NCBI GenBank assembly: GCA_963820525.1
Contig: CAWGAA010000003.1
Location: forward strand, 224,001 to 288,000
Direction of reading: 5' to 3'
Length of the DNA: 64,000 nucleotides
DNA from: an uncultured Spirochaetota bacterium
GTDB taxonomy: Bacteria > Spirochaetota > Spirochaetia > SZUA-6 > Fen-1364
Both the position numbers and the translations under genes were made by a program. Under the pieces are notes generated by a model. The model was not told the DNA's origin. It saw nothing but the letters and a program-made list of their open reading frames with translations, and made no database searches. Shown here in pieces: positions 31,914 to 46,243 of the stretch. Numbering within the stretch: the first letter of the stretch is position 1; every line of letters begins with the position of its first letter.

Positions 31914-32861
31914 ATGAGTCAGCTCGTCTCGATTCTCACGCTTATCGGCGCCTTGGCCGTGGGCATCCTTGCGGGGCGTATTGCGGCAGTGGCGACGTTC
32001 GCCGGATCCCGGGTATTCACGGCTCTCCGAAATGCCATCCTTTTCCTCCTGGTTTTCACAATGGGCTTTCGGATCGGCAGGACGGACGAGGTCATCGGCA
32101 GCATCCCCACCCTCGGGCTCACCGCCCTGGCATTCGCCGCGGCCACGGTTTTTGGGACTCTTGCGCTCCTTGCCCTGCTTTTTTCTTTCCGAAGCGCAGC
32201 GGATCCTGCGCCCGCACCCGAGAGACGGCGGGGAAACGGCGGCGCCTCTGCCCTCCAGGTCCTGAAGGAACCTCTCACGCTCCTCGCCATCCTGATCGCC
32301 GGGTTTTTCTGCGGATTGCTCGTTCCTTTCTTCCGGCAGCTCACGGGAGCGGGGCTCATCACGGCCATCCTCTACGTGCTTCTGGTAGTGATCGGCGTCG
32401 GCTTGAGCGCTGGGGGAGTCAATATGAGCGAAATCATCACGCATCCCGCCCTGTTCCTCATCCCGCTGGCAACGGCCGCCGGATCGCTCCTGGGAGGGCT
32501 TGCCGCCGGCCTGGCCTTGCGCATGCGGATCGGCACCGCCCTCGCCCTCTCCTCGGGGTTCGGATGGTATTCCCTATCCGGGGTGATTCTTACACAGCTG
32601 GACGGGCCGATCACGGGCTCCATCGCGTTTCTTTCCAACATGCTTCGGGAATCCATGTCCCTCATCCTGATTCCCCTGCTCTCGCGGACCCGTTTCCCCT
32701 ACCTCGCGATCGGGGCCGGTGGCGCTACGAGCATGGACGTGACCCTGCCCCTGATCGTGAAGAACTGCGGGCCGCGGTCCGTCGGCTTTGCCTTGGCCTC
32801 GGGGGGGCTGCTCTCGCTGGCCGTTCCCATCCTTGTGCCGCTTCTCTACCATCTGGGGTAG
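31914..32861 (+). CDS. LysO (DUF340) family exporter
   Basis: SGFGWYSLSG, NMLRE, GGATSMDVTLP. Confidence 0.88.
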   Translation: MSQLVSILTLIGALAVGILAGRIAAVATFAGSRVFTALRNAILFLLVFTMGFRIGRTDEVIGSIPTLGLTALAFAAATVFGTLALLALLFSFRSAADPAPAPERRRGNGGASALQVLKEPLTLLAILIAGFFCGLLVPFFRQLTGAGLITAILYVLLVVIGVGLSAGGVNMSEIITHPALFLIPLATAAGSLLGGLAAGLALRMRIGTALALSSGFGWYSLSGVILTQLDGPITGSIAFLSNMLRESMSLILIPLLSRTRFPYLAIGAGGATSMDVTLPLIVKNCGPRSVGFALASGGLLSLAVPILVPLLYHLG

Positions 32862-33034
32862 CACGGCATCGCACGAATTGCGGCCGGAGCCGCGTCGCAG
32901 ATGAGCCTGCCGGGCATCGTGAAGCTGCGGCCCCCGAACGAGTGGCCGGCGCGCCCATTCGCGACTCATTCCGCCCTTCCCGCTCACCGCCCTTTTCGCT
33001 ATACTGGCCGCCACTTCAGATAAAGGAGCACACG

Positions 33035-34081
33035 ATGTACAAGATCGCGGTCATCCCCGGCGATGGCACGGGACCGGAAGTCATTCGAGAAGGAGTGAAG
33101 GTTCTCAAAACTGCGTCGAAAAAGTTCTCAATCCCCTTTTCCTTCAGAGAGTTCGACTACGGCGGCGCCCGTTACCTCAAAACGGGGGAAACCCTCCCCG
33201 CAGGAGCGATCGATGAGCTTCGCGCCTTCAGCGCGATCTACCTCGGGGCAATCGGCCATCCGGAGGTGAAGCCGGGGATCCTCGAGCAAGGAATCCTTTT
33301 GCGCCTGCGCTTCGAGCTGGATCAGTACATCAACCTGCGGCCGGTGAAGCTGTATCCCAACGTGGAGACTCCCCTGGCCCACAAGGGGCCGGAGGATATC
33401 GACTTCGTCATCGTTCGGGAGAACGTCGAGGGGTTGTACATCGGCTCCGGCGGTTTTCTCAAGAAAGGCACCCCCGACGAGGTGGCCATCCAGGAGATGG
33501 TATACACGCGGAAAGGCGTGGAACGCTGCGTGCGCTTCGCCTTCGACTATACCAGGAAGCGCGGCAGGAAGATGAAGCTCACCATGTCGGGAAAGACGAA
33601 CGTGCTCACCTACGTCCAGGACCTGTGGTACCGGACCTTCATGGAAGTGGCCAAGGAATACCCCGATATCGCCCCCGACTATGCCCATGTCGACGCCACA
33701 ACAATGTGGATGGTGAAGAATCCGGAGTGGTTCGACGTGATCGTCACGGAGAACATGTTCGGAGACATCATCACGGACCTCGGCGCGATGATCCAGGGAG
33801 GGATGGGAGTCGCGGCCGGCGGCAACATCAATCCCGAGGGCGTCTCGATGTTCGAACCCATCGGCGGCTCTGCTCCCAAGTATACGGGGCAGAACGTGAT
33901 CAACCCCATGGCCGCCATCCTGGCCGGCGCCATGATGCTGGATCAGCTCGGTGAGGCCAAGGCCGCCGCGGCCGTGGAGAAATCAGCTGTGTCCGTCATC
34001 GGCAAAATGAAAAGCATGGCCGCCGGCAAGATGGGCTTTTCAACCAGCGAGATCGGAGACATGGTGGCTGCCGGGATCTGA
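33035..34081 (+). CDS. leuB: 3-isopropylmalate dehydrogenase
   Basis: [44 protein letters not shown]. Confidence 0.9.
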   Translation: MYKIAVIPGDGTGPEVIREGVKVLKTASKKFSIPFSFREFDYGGARYLKTGETLPAGAIDELRAFSAIYLGAIGHPEVKPGILEQGILLRLRFELDQYINLRPVKLYPNVETPLAHKGPEDIDFVIVRENVEGLYIGSGGFLKKGTPDEVAIQEMVYTRKGVERCVRFAFDYTRKRGRKMKLTMSGKTNVLTYVQDLWYRTFMEVAKEYPDIAPDYAHVDATTMWMVKNPEWFDVIVTENMFGDIITDLGAMIQGGMGVAAGGNINPEGVSMFEPIGGSAPKYTGQNVINPMAAILAGAMMLDQLGEAKAAAAVEKSAVSVIGKMKSMAAGKMGFSTSEIGDMVAAGI

Positions 34082-34386
34082 GGCGGCGGGGCCGGCTTCA
34101 GGCCGGGCTGGCTCCAGCCTGGGACGCCTCCAGGCCGGGGCGCCTCCAGATCCGCCCTCTTGTTCTCCGCCCGCTTTTCCTTGCTCACCAGCCGGTTGAC
34201 GGCGCACGGTCGACAAGAGGCTGTTCGTCGCCGTCGCACAGAGCACCTGCCCTTCCATTGGGCCCCATCGAGGAGGCAATCCGCCACATCCCCGAAGATG
34301 TCTGGAAGCTTGACGGCCATTACCGCCTTCGATAGGTTTAGAGCATGCCCCGCGGGCCGGGGCGGCGAGAAACTCGGAGGTGCCAC

Positions 34387-35367
34387 ATGGAGTATGTTCG
34401 GCTGGGCAAGACGGGGCTCAAGGTTTCGCGGATCTGTCTGGGCACCATGACCTACGGCTCTTCCAAGTGGAGGGACTGGGTGCTCGACGAGCAGGAAGCC
34501 CGCCCATTTTTCAAGCGGGCCGTCGAGCTGGGCATCAACTTCTTCGATACTGCCGACATGTACTCGGTTGGCGCGAGCGAAGAGGTGACGGGACGCGCGC
34601 TCAAGGCGCTGGCGAAAAGAGAAGAAATCGTGGTTGCCACCAAGGTGTTCAACCCCATGGGACCGGACCCCAACGCCCGCGGCCTGTCCCGCAAGCACAT
34701 CATGGAGGGAATCGACGCATCCCTCAAACGGCTGGGAATGGATTACGTTGATCTCTACCAGATCCATCGCTGGGACCACGAAACGCCGATCGAGGAAACC
34801 CTCGAGGCCTTGAACGACGTCGTGCGCTCCGGCAAGGCGCGCTATATCGGCGCTTCCAGCATGTACGCATGGCAGTTCGCCAAGGCCCTTTACCTGACCG
34901 ATCTTCACGGCTGGACGCGCTTCTCCTCCATGCAGAACCACTACAATCTCATCTACCGCGAAGAGGAGCGGGAGATGATACCCTTGTGCATCGACCAGGG
35001 GATCGGCGTCATCCCGTGGAGCCCCATGGCGCGGGGCTTCCTGGCCGGAAACCGCACGCGGGACAAGAGCGGCGCCACAACCAGAAGCAAATCCGACGAC
35101 TACGCGCACATGATGTACTACCAGGACGAGGACTTCGATGTCGTGGAGCGCGTGAGCTCGGTGTCACGGGAGATCGGAAAGGCCATGTCGCAGGTAGCCC
35201 TGGCATGGATGCTCTCAAAGCCCTACATTACGGCGCCCATCGTGGGCGCGAGCAAGCTTCAGCACCTGGAGCAGGCGGTTGAAGCGGTTTCCCTCAAGCT
35301 CACGGCGGAACAGATTCAGAAACTGGAGGAGCCCTACAAGCCCCACCCGATCTATGGCCACCAATAG
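34387..35367 (+). CDS. Aldo/keto reductase
   Basis: LGKTGLKVSRICLGTM, FFDTADMY, DLYQIHRWD, PWSPMARG. Confidence 0.93.
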   Translation: MEYVRLGKTGLKVSRICLGTMTYGSSKWRDWVLDEQEARPFFKRAVELGINFFDTADMYSVGASEEVTGRALKALAKREEIVVATKVFNPMGPDPNARGLSRKHIMEGIDASLKRLGMDYVDLYQIHRWDHETPIEETLEALNDVVRSGKARYIGASSMYAWQFAKALYLTDLHGWTRFSSMQNHYNLIYREEEREMIPLCIDQGIGVIPWSPMARGFLAGNRTRDKSGATTRSKSDDYAHMMYYQDEDFDVVERVSSVSREIGKAMSQVALAWMLSKPYITAPIVGASKLQHLEQAVEAVSLKLTAEQIQKLEEPYKPHPIYGHQ

Positions 35368-35437
35368 CGGCTGAAACCGCCGCCCTTGACCGATCCGAAA
35401 ACCCGGCGCGATACTCTCTTCATTCGTGGAGGAGAAT

Positions 35438-36405
35438 ATGAAAAGGCATAAGCCGATTGCGCTCTTCTTCTGTCTTGCGTTCCTTTCCAGCGCCGCGCTC
35501 TAGTCCCAGGAGAACAGGATAGCGAACCCCGGGTTCGAGCTGAACCCCAGCGGCGTCAAGAGCCAGGACATTATTGATTGGCAGACCGTCTCCGACAAGG
35601 ACGCGGACGCGGATTTCGTGGAATCGGGATGGACGCATTCCGGAAGCAACAAGTTCACGCACTGGAAGGCGACGGATTTCAAAGTCTATACCTACCAAAC
35701 CGTCCAGAACCTGGAAAAGGGCACCTATAACTTCGAGTTCTGGTACGCCAACGGCGACGGGGGCGTGAACTGCTATGTCGAACTGAAGGACTACAGCGGA
35801 GATCCCATCCGGATCCCGGTTCCTCGAAGCGGCTCCTGGGTCAAGAAGGAAGTGAAGGATATCGTCATCACGACCGGCGGGGGCAAATTTTCCGATTTCA
35901 GCGGCAATCAGAGGGATGTCCTTGCCATCCTCAAGGAGAACGGCGTGAACTTCGTGAGGCTTCGCATCTGGAACGACCCGAAAAACGGCATCTGCGGAGA
36001 AGAATCGACTCTCGCCATGGCCAGGAGGATCAAAGCTGCGGGGCCGCGCTGACAGCGAAATACAAAAAGGACATTGTCATCGCCGAGACGGCCTACCCGT
36101 TCTGCCTGAACGATGCCGATGGACTGGAAAACATAATGGCCAGGGACGATCAGCTCAAGGCCACGGGCTACGTGCCGACCATCGCCGGCCAGAAGAAATT
36201 CCTCGAGGACCTCATCTCTGTCATCAAGCACACACCGAACGGAAGAGGATTGGGACTCTTCTACTGGGAGGGAGCATGGCTGCCCGTGAAGGGCGCGGGC
36301 TGGGACCCCGCTGACCCCAATTCCAAGGACGCCTGGGAAAACCAGTGCCTCTTCAATTTTTCCGGGTACGCGCTCGATTCAATAAAGGCGTTCAGGGCGC
36401 GGTGA
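35438..36405 (+). pseudogene. Decayed GH53 endo-1,4-beta-galactanase with N-terminal carbohydrate-binding-like domain
   Basis: RBS+ATG at 35438 followed by an early stop. LKENGVNFVRLRIWNDP and AMARRIKAAG jump directly to IAETAYPF, GLFYWEGAW and WENQCLF; the central catalytic region is missing. Confidence 0.8.
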
Positions 36406-36976
36406 TTCCCCGCAGAAGCCTGACCATGTTCCTGGCCAGGTTCTCCGCCATGCGAAGGCCCGTCTCGTCGTCCTTCGCCTCACCCGCGATCGCGGCGCCC
36501 GAATGCGAGAAGCCGGGGCCGTCGCTCACCGCCATCACGTGGAGCTGCATGAGAAACGTCGAGATGTTCTGAAGGGTCAGCTCCTGGCCGCCGTGCCTGA
36601 ACCCGGCGCAGGCTATCCCCCCGCCGATCTTGCCGCTCATGGCATAGGGCTTTTCGTAGGAGGGACGCAGCACAACGCAGCGCTCCATCACCGTCTTGAG
36701 CTGGCTGGACACGAGGCCGAAGTAGACGGGAGACCCGATGATGATGCCGTCACAGCGGCGCATCTCCTCCACGATCTCGCCCATATCGTCGTCATGGACG
36801 CATGTGCCCCTTTCAGCGCACGTCCAGCAGCCCAGGCAGGGCTCTATTTTCCTTCCCGCCACGGAGAGGTAGGCGGTGTCGGCCCCCTCCGCCGCGGCGG
36901 CTCGAAGCGCGTGCTTTACCGCGAATGCAGTACTTCCGTCGGCGCGGCGGCTGCCTGACAGGCCGAGTATTCTCAT
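36392..36976 (-). CDS. Flavodoxin-like iron-sulfur flavoprotein
   Basis: GSRRADGST, CLGCWTC..C, GSPVYFG, GGQE. Confidence 0.88.
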   Translation of the reverse strand: MRILGLSGSRRADGSTAFAVKHALRAAAAEGADTAYLSVAGRKIEPCLGCWTCAERGTCVHDDDMGEIVEEMRRCDGIIIGSPVYFGLVSSQLKTVMERCVVLRPSYEKPYAMSGKIGGGIACAGFRHGGQELTLQNISTFLMQLHVMAVSDGPGFSHSGAAIAGEAKDDETGLRMAENLARNMVRLLRGITAP

Positions 36977-37086
36977 GGCGCAAGGATACAGGCCGCGATT
37001 GCTCATGTAAAGGGAAGCCGGGGAGGCGAACCGCATCGTGACCGCCGGGCTGGCTTGCCGCGCTGATTCTGCTTATATTGGCAGGC

Positions 37087-38040
37087 ATGATCATCTTTTC
37101 AGCGGACGCACTTACCGACGAACAACTGGACCAGATCCGGACAATCGATCCCGCAGCACGCATAGTGGGCAAAGATGAATTGGAGGCGGACCCTGGGTTG
37201 ATCGGAAAGCTCGAGGTGATCTATGGCCATTTGCCTCCTGAATACTGGCCGCGCGCCGCCGGCATGAAATGGCTGCAAAGCACATGGGCCGGCCTGGACA
37301 TGATCCTCCAAGACCCAGCCGTAAGGGAACACCCCGCGATTATTACGAACGTTCATATCCATGCCGCGGCAATCTCCGAGCACCTCTGGGGTATGTGTCT
37401 TATGCTCACCCGCAATTTGCACGCCGCCGTGCGCGCACAAGATAGCCACCAATGGAACATGCAGCCCCTGATTCGAGGGCTGTCGAATCTGAGTGGACGA
37501 ACCCTGTGCGTGGTGGGCCTGGGAGAGATAGGGCGCCGGTGCGCGGCTATCGGCAAGGCGTTCGGAATGAGAGTGATAGGCATCAGGCGGCGCGGCGCTC
37601 TCGGGCCTGCCGTTCCGGAAGCGGACGAAATCCTTGGGCCGGATGATCGCCGCGATGCATTCGCCCGCTCTCGCGTGATAATGGCCACCCTCCCGCACAC
37701 CGAGAGGACAATTCGCTTCATTTCCCGCAGGGAAATGGACGTAATGAAGGACGTCTATCTTTTGAATGCCGGGCGGGGGAGCTGTATCGACACGGACGCT
37801 CTGGTCGAGGCCTTGCGGGCCGGGAAGGTACGCGGCTGCGGGCTTGATGTCACCGAACCGGAGCCCCTTCCCCCGGAGCATCCGCTCTGGGACATGCCCA
37901 ACGTAATCATCACGCCGCACTACTCCGGGATTCATCCCGGTTACGACAACGAAGCCTTCGCGGTATTCATCGACAATCTGAAAAGATACGTGCACGGCGA
38001 GCCGCTGTGCAACGTTGTGGATAAAAACGAGGGTTACTGA
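37087..38040 (+). CDS. D-2-hydroxyacid dehydrogenase
   Basis: GLGEIG, NAGRG, LDVTEPEPLP, ITPHYSG. Confidence 0.9.
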   Translation: MIIFSADALTDEQLDQIRTIDPAARIVGKDELEADPGLIGKLEVIYGHLPPEYWPRAAGMKWLQSTWAGLDMILQDPAVREHPAIITNVHIHAAAISEHLWGMCLMLTRNLHAAVRAQDSHQWNMQPLIRGLSNLSGRTLCVVGLGEIGRRCAAIGKAFGMRVIGIRRRGALGPAVPEADEILGPDDRRDAFARSRVIMATLPHTERTIRFISRREMDVMKDVYLLNAGRGSCIDTDALVEALRAGKVRGCGLDVTEPEPLPPEHPLWDMPNVIITPHYSGIHPGYDNEAFAVFIDNLKRYVHGEPLCNVVDKNEGY

Positions 38041-38086
38041 GCCCGCGATTGACCCCGTCAAGCGCCGCCGTATATCATCCTGGGAA

Positions 38087-38797
38087 ATGAGCGGATTCTT
38101 CGCGGGCCCGGAATCGCCGCTTCGGAGGTTCAGGCTCTTCTCTCCCTCACATCTGGCCGGCATTGGCACGTTCGCGGCAGTGAACATTCTCATCGCGCTC
38201 TTCGGCAGCCGCATCCGGGGAACACCGCTCGATACCGCCCTGCGCTTCGGCATCGGCGCCATCCTCTATGTAAACGAGATTCTCCTGTCGGCGTGGAGGC
38301 TGCGACACGGGATGTGGTCCGTCAAGACCTCCCTGCCCTTCCACCTCTGCGGCGTCTCCGTGGTGCTCTGCCCGATCATGCTGGGCACGGAGAGCTACAC
38401 GCTCTTCGAGCTCACGTATTTCTGGGCCATGGGAGGGGCACTCCAGGGTCTGCTCACGCCTGACGTGGAGGGCTTCGATTTCCCCCACTTCCGCTTCATC
38501 ACGACCTTCGTCTCCCACGGGCTCATCATAACGGCCAACCTGTACATGATCTTCGTGCTGGGGATGAGGCCGACCTTCCTTTCCTACGTGAAGTCGGTGG
38601 CCGTGTTGAACCTCTATGCGCTTGCGGCCCTTGCCTTCAATTGGGTCACGGGCGCCAACTACGGCTTTCTCTGCCGCAAGCCGGACGATCCCAGCCTCAT
38701 CGACTACCTGGGGCCGTGGCCGTGGTACCTCGCAAGCCTCGAAGCAGTTGCCGTCGGCCTTTCCTTCATTTTCTACATTCCGTTCATGATCTGGTGA
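38087..38797 (+). CDS. TIGR02206/YwaF family membrane protein
   Basis: LPFHLCG, QGLLTPD, ANYGFL..KP, LGPWPWY. Confidence 0.85.
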   Translation: MSGFFAGPESPLRRFRLFSPSHLAGIGTFAAVNILIALFGSRIRGTPLDTALRFGIGAILYVNEILLSAWRLRHGMWSVKTSLPFHLCGVSVVLCPIMLGTESYTLFELTYFWAMGGALQGLLTPDVEGFDFPHFRFITTFVSHGLIITANLYMIFVLGMRPTFLSYVKSVAVLNLYALAALAFNWVTGANYGFLCRKPDDPSLIDYLGPWPWYLASLEAVAVGLSFIFYIPFMIW

Positions 38798-38801
38798 AGC
38801 C

Positions 38802-40604
38802 TCACTTGTAAAGGCTGGCCAGGCGGCTGAACTCGCCCTTGGCCGCAAGCAGCTCGTCGTGCGTGCCGAACTCCACAAGGCGACTGCGGTGAAGCACGGC
38901 CAGCCGGTCCGCGTTTCGAATCGTCGAGAGGCGATGGGCCACGATAAGGGTGGTCCTGCCTCGGACCAACCGGTCCAGTGCCTGCTGGACCATGCGCTCG
39001 GATCCGACGTCGAGGGCGCTCGTGGCCTCGTCCAGGATGATGATCCGCGGATCCCGGATCAGGGCCCGTGCAATGGCGATGCGCTGCCGCTGGCCGCCGG
39101 AGAGCCTGCTTCCGTGCTCTCCCAGAAGGGTTTCGATGCCGTCGGGAAGCTCCTTGATGAACTGCCAGGCATTTGCCGCCTCCAGGGCCTGCCTGATGCG
39201 CTCCTCGTCGATGCCGTTGAACCCGTAGGTGACGTTCTCGCGGATAGTACCTGAAAAAAGTATGACGTTCTGGCTCACCACCGAGAGCTGACGGCGATAG
39301 TCCCTGAGGTCCAGCTCGTTCATGTCCCGACCGTCAAGAAGGATGCGGCCCCCGGTGGGACGATGGAAGCCGATGACCAGGTTCATGAGGGTGCTCTTGC
39401 CGGATCCCGACTCGCCGACAAATGCCACGATCTGTCCCGCCTCTATAGCGAGATCGATCTCGCACAGCGCAAGGGGAGCCTCCTCGGCGGCTCCATCGAG
39501 AGCCGCCCCCGGGCCGGCCGAGGGATAGCGGAAGCACACCCCCTCGAACGTGAATGCCCCGCGGACGCGCCCAACAGGGAACTTTCCCGTATTGCGCTCA
39601 ACGTCGGGAGACCTCAGCACCTCGCCGATGGACTGAATCGAGGTGATTCCCTTGGCAAGGTCCGGAATGACGTTGACCGTGGCGCTCACCCCGGCCACGA
39701 TGGAGGCGAAGTAGCCCTGGTAGAGGATAATGTCGCCGATGGGGATCTGGCCCTTGAGCGCCATGTATCCCGTGACCAGGAGGCACAGGAGGCTGAAGGC
39801 CTGGAACGCCACCCAGGAGCCGGCGCCGAAGATGCCGTTGAAGATGTCCAGCCTGCGGCCGGCCGTCGCCACCTGGTCCATGGTGCTGGAGATGCGCTGG
39901 ATCTCGTAGTCTTCCACGGCGTGCGCCCTGGTCACGGGGAGCATCGCGATCATCTCATTGACCCTGTTGCTCATGCCTTCCAGGGCCTGGCGGTAGGTCT
40001 GGTTGTTCTGCCTGATCGGCCGGTTGAAGACCCGCACCAGGGCGACGGCGATGGGGATAGTGATACCGTAGAACACCGCGACGACGGGCTTCCTGGTCAG
40101 GGTGAGACCGAGGGCGATCGCCACCGTCACCGCCGTGGAAAGAACCGTGCTGACGAACTGCGTGACCATGGTTCCCACGTTCTCCACGTCCCGCAGCACC
40201 TTGTTCTGCAGGGCCCCGGTGCGGGCGCGGTCGTGAAACCCGAAGGAGAGCTGCTGGAGCCGCAGCACGAGGCTCATCCTGGTGCGGGCTTCCATGGTGC
40301 GTACTCCGCCGTTCAGGAGCCAGACGAAGAGCGTGTGGGTGGGGATGTTCTGGACAATGACCAGGATCATGACGAAGCCGAGGAACAGGGAATGCTCCAG
40401 GGCGCCGGGCCCGCCGGCCGCCACAATGTTGATGATGCTCGCCGTGATGATGGGAGACAACCAGACTGGAGAGTGCTTGACAACGTAGGTGAAAGCGGAC
40501 GCGGCCAGCCGAGGCCACTGACCCTTGAACAGCATGCGAAGAGCGGCAAGAGGCTTTCGGGGCAGGACGTCCGTTTCCAGGAAGTCCGGTGTGCTCACTG
40601 CCAC
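38802..40604 (-). CDS. ABC transporter fused permease/ATP-binding protein
   Basis: TM domain, GESGSGKST, LSGGQRQR, LDEATSALD. Start approximate. Confidence 0.9.
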   Translation of the reverse strand: MAVSTPDFLETDVLPRKPLAALRMLFKGQWPRLAASAFTYVVKHSPVWLSPIITASIINIVAAGGPGALEHSLFLGFVMILVIVQNIPTHTLFVWLLNGGVRTMEARTRMSLVLRLQQLSFGFHDRARTGALQNKVLRDVENVGTMVTQFVSTVLSTAVTVAIALGLTLTRKPVVAVFYGITIPIAVALVRVFNRPIRQNNQTYRQALEGMSNRVNEMIAMLPVTRAHAVEDYEIQRISSTMDQVATAGRRLDIFNGIFGAGSWVAFQAFSLLCLLVTGYMALKGQIPIGDIILYQGYFASIVAGVSATVNVIPDLAKGITSIQSIGEVLRSPDVERNTGKFPVGRVRGAFTFEGVCFRYPSAGPGAALDGAAEEAPLALCEIDLAIEAGQIVAFVGESGSGKSTLMNLVIGFHRPTGGRILLDGRDMNELDLRDYRRQLSVVSQNVILFSGTIRENVTYGFNGIDEERIRQALEAANAWQFIKELPDGIETLLGEHGSRLSGGQRQRIAIARALIRDPRIIILDEATSALDVGSERMVQQALDRLVRGRTTLIVAHRLSTIRNADRLAVLHRSRLVEFGTHDELLAAKGEFSRLASLYK

Positions 40605-40644
40605 GGGGTTCTGCTCTTCCTCATTGGCGGCTCCTCCGTTGTCT

Positions 40645-41634
40645 TCACGTCTTCTCGCCGTACGCCTCGAGTATCCGATCCATCTCCGCATTGACGCCGG
40701 CATCCACGCGGCGGCGGCTCTCATCGGCCTCGAACCACGAAACCGTCCGGCGGATTCCCTCGCGGAAAGGAATGACGGCCTTGAACTCCGGAACGAACGA
40801 CTTGATCTTGGCGTTGTCGAAGGCAACGCTCCACGTCTTGTCGCCCAGAAGAGTCCCCGTGAGGGAAGGTGCCACGCGCGCGATGAACTCCGATGGGATG
40901 TGCACAACCCTCGCCCGAACGCCCAGGGCATCCGCGATCTCGCCATAGATCTGCTCCCAGGTGAGCACCTCGTCCGTGGTTATATGGAATGCGTGGCCCA
41001 CGGCCGCGAGGTTGCCGACCAGCCCCAGGAAGCCGCGCGCGAAGTCTTCGGAATGCGTCACCACCCACAGGGAGGAGCCGTCGCCGTGTACGATGATGGG
41101 CCGTCCCTTTTTCATGCGGTCCGCCAGCGTGTAGCAGCCCCAGCCGCCGATGGCGATGGGGAAGTTCCAGTCATAGGTGAGCGAGGGGCGGACAACGGTC
41201 GCCGGAAATCCCTCCTCGCGGTACGCCCGCGTGAGGCGCTCTTCGCAGGCGATCTTGTTCCGCGAATACTCCCAATAGGGATTGAAGAGCGGCGTCGATT
41301 CGGTGATGAGGTAGCGGGCGGGCGGCTTCTGGTATGCCGAGGCGGAGCTGATGAATATGAACTGCCTCACCTTGCCCCGGAACAGCTCCAGGTCGAGCTC
41401 GATGTCATCCGGCGTGTAGGCGATCCAGTCCACAACCACGTCGAACTGAAGGCCGCGGAGGGCTTTGTGCGCTTCCTCGGGCTTATGGAAATCCGCGGTG
41501 AGATGCTGGACGCCGGAAAGCCCGGCAGCGCGCGTCCCGCGGTTGAGCAGGTGCAGCTCCATGCCCCGCGCCGCAGCCATGCGGCTCACCGCCGTGCTGA
41601 TGAATCCTGTTCCGCCGATGAAAAGAACTCTCAT
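40645..41634 (-). CDS. NAD-dependent epimerase/dehydratase (extended SDR)
   Basis: GGTGFIS, FISSASAY, YSRNK. Confidence 0.88.
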   Translation of the reverse strand: MRVLFIGGTGFISTAVSRMAAARGMELHLLNRGTRAAGLSGVQHLTADFHKPEEAHKALRGLQFDVVVDWIAYTPDDIELDLELFRGKVRQFIFISSASAYQKPPARYLITESTPLFNPYWEYSRNKIACEERLTRAYREEGFPATVVRPSLTYDWNFPIAIGGWGCYTLADRMKKGRPIIVHGDGSSLWVVTHSEDFARGFLGLVGNLAAVGHAFHITTDEVLTWEQIYGEIADALGVRARVVHIPSEFIARVAPSLTGTLLGDKTWSVAFDNAKIKSFVPEFKAVIPFREGIRRTVSWFEADESRRRVDAGVNAEMDRILEAYGEKT

Positions 41635-41664
41635 GCCGAAGCCTTCAGTCCGCCGAGCGGCGCG

Positions 41665-45006
<3,342 letters not shown>

Positions 45007-45023
<17 letters not shown>

Positions 45024-45128
45024 CGCGTTCCCTTTCGGCCTCGGAGATTATGGCGAAGATATCGATGATGAGCGCCACCGTGCCGTCTCCCAGGATGGTC
45101 GCGCCGGAGATTCCCTGGTAGTTCTTGT
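45007..45128 (-). pseudogene. cheA: C-terminal remnant of cheA
   Basis: Reads KNYQGISGATILGDGTVALIIDIFAIISEAERERGGGKA*, the CheA P5 terminal motif, overlapping the cheR start; no upstream part. Confidence 0.8.
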
Positions 45129-45155
45129 TGCCATGGAAGCAAGTCTATTGAAAGC

Positions 45156-46243
45156 TCAGGAATTATCAAGCGCGTCGCCGCGCGGGGCGGGCGCGCCGCC
45201 CGAGACGCGGGCCCCTCCGCCCATCCGTTTCTTCACGGTGCGGAAGAAAAACATCCGGGCCCTCTCCGCGGCGGAGTACAGGGCGTGGCCCGCTCTAAGA
45301 TAGGGCACGTCCCATGTGCCCCACCTCTCCCGCACCCTATCGGAAAACCCCGTCTTGAACTGATACAGGCCGATCATTGGGTGCCCGGGATCGGGCCGAG
45401 GCGGAACCCCGTACAGATCGTACGACGTGCAGCCCGCAGCCTTCGCCATGCGGATCGCCTCCCACTGAAGGGCGTAGGTTGGCATGAGATTTCGCTTCGC
45501 CCCCGAGGATGCGCCCGTGAGGTAGACGGCCGCTGCCTTCCAGAAGACGACGATGTTGCCGGCGAGAAGCTCGCCATCCGCGAACGCGAGGAGGAGCTTC
45601 ACGGAAGGCCGGCGTCCGTCATAGGTGCCGGAGAGCTTCAGCAGGTCCGCGTAATAGTCTTTCGCGTGGATGGCTATCCGGTCGCGGCGGCTCGTCTCCC
45701 TGTACAGCTCGTACCAGGCGTCTATGTCTTCCTCCGCACCTTCCCTCACGATAACGCCCTTTTTTGCCGCCAGCCGGATGTTGTATCGCGTCTTCGTCTT
45801 CATTGCGGCAAGGATGGAATCGAGCGGCGGGGCGAGATCCACCACCACGGTGGATGGAGGCTGGATATCGTCGCGGGATTTTCTAACGTCGGAGCGGCAG
45901 AGGTCGCTCGCATCCCCGCCGCGCTCCCAGGGAAGGTCAAAGCGCAGCAGGAGGGTGTTCGCGGGAAGGTGGGGACGGACCGCTCCCGCGAGACGGGAGA
46001 GAAGCTCGCCCCTGCCGCTTTCCGGCTCGAGCGCGGGGCCGAAAGGCACGTAGCCGAGGGTGAAGATCGACGAAAGGCCGCGCGTCAGCACCAGAAGCCC
46101 GAAGCTTCGCCCGCCCGCCGACGCGGTGAAGGGGTGAGGAATCCAGCCGTGCGCTTTTTTGAAGTATCCCCAGAAACCGGACTGGAGGAGCTCCGCGCTC
46201 TCGTCCAGGGAGCGGAGCTCGGCCGGAAGGACGGATACCTCGA
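45156..46243 (-). CDS. FemAB/FemX-family peptidoglycan bridge aminoacyltransferase
   Basis: LLQSGFWGYFK..GW lies in frame upstream of the track start (46091). KTRYNIRLAAKKGV, YLTGAS, LQWEAI, YDLYG, GLYQFKTGF. No canonical start seen for the extended frame. Confidence 0.85.
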
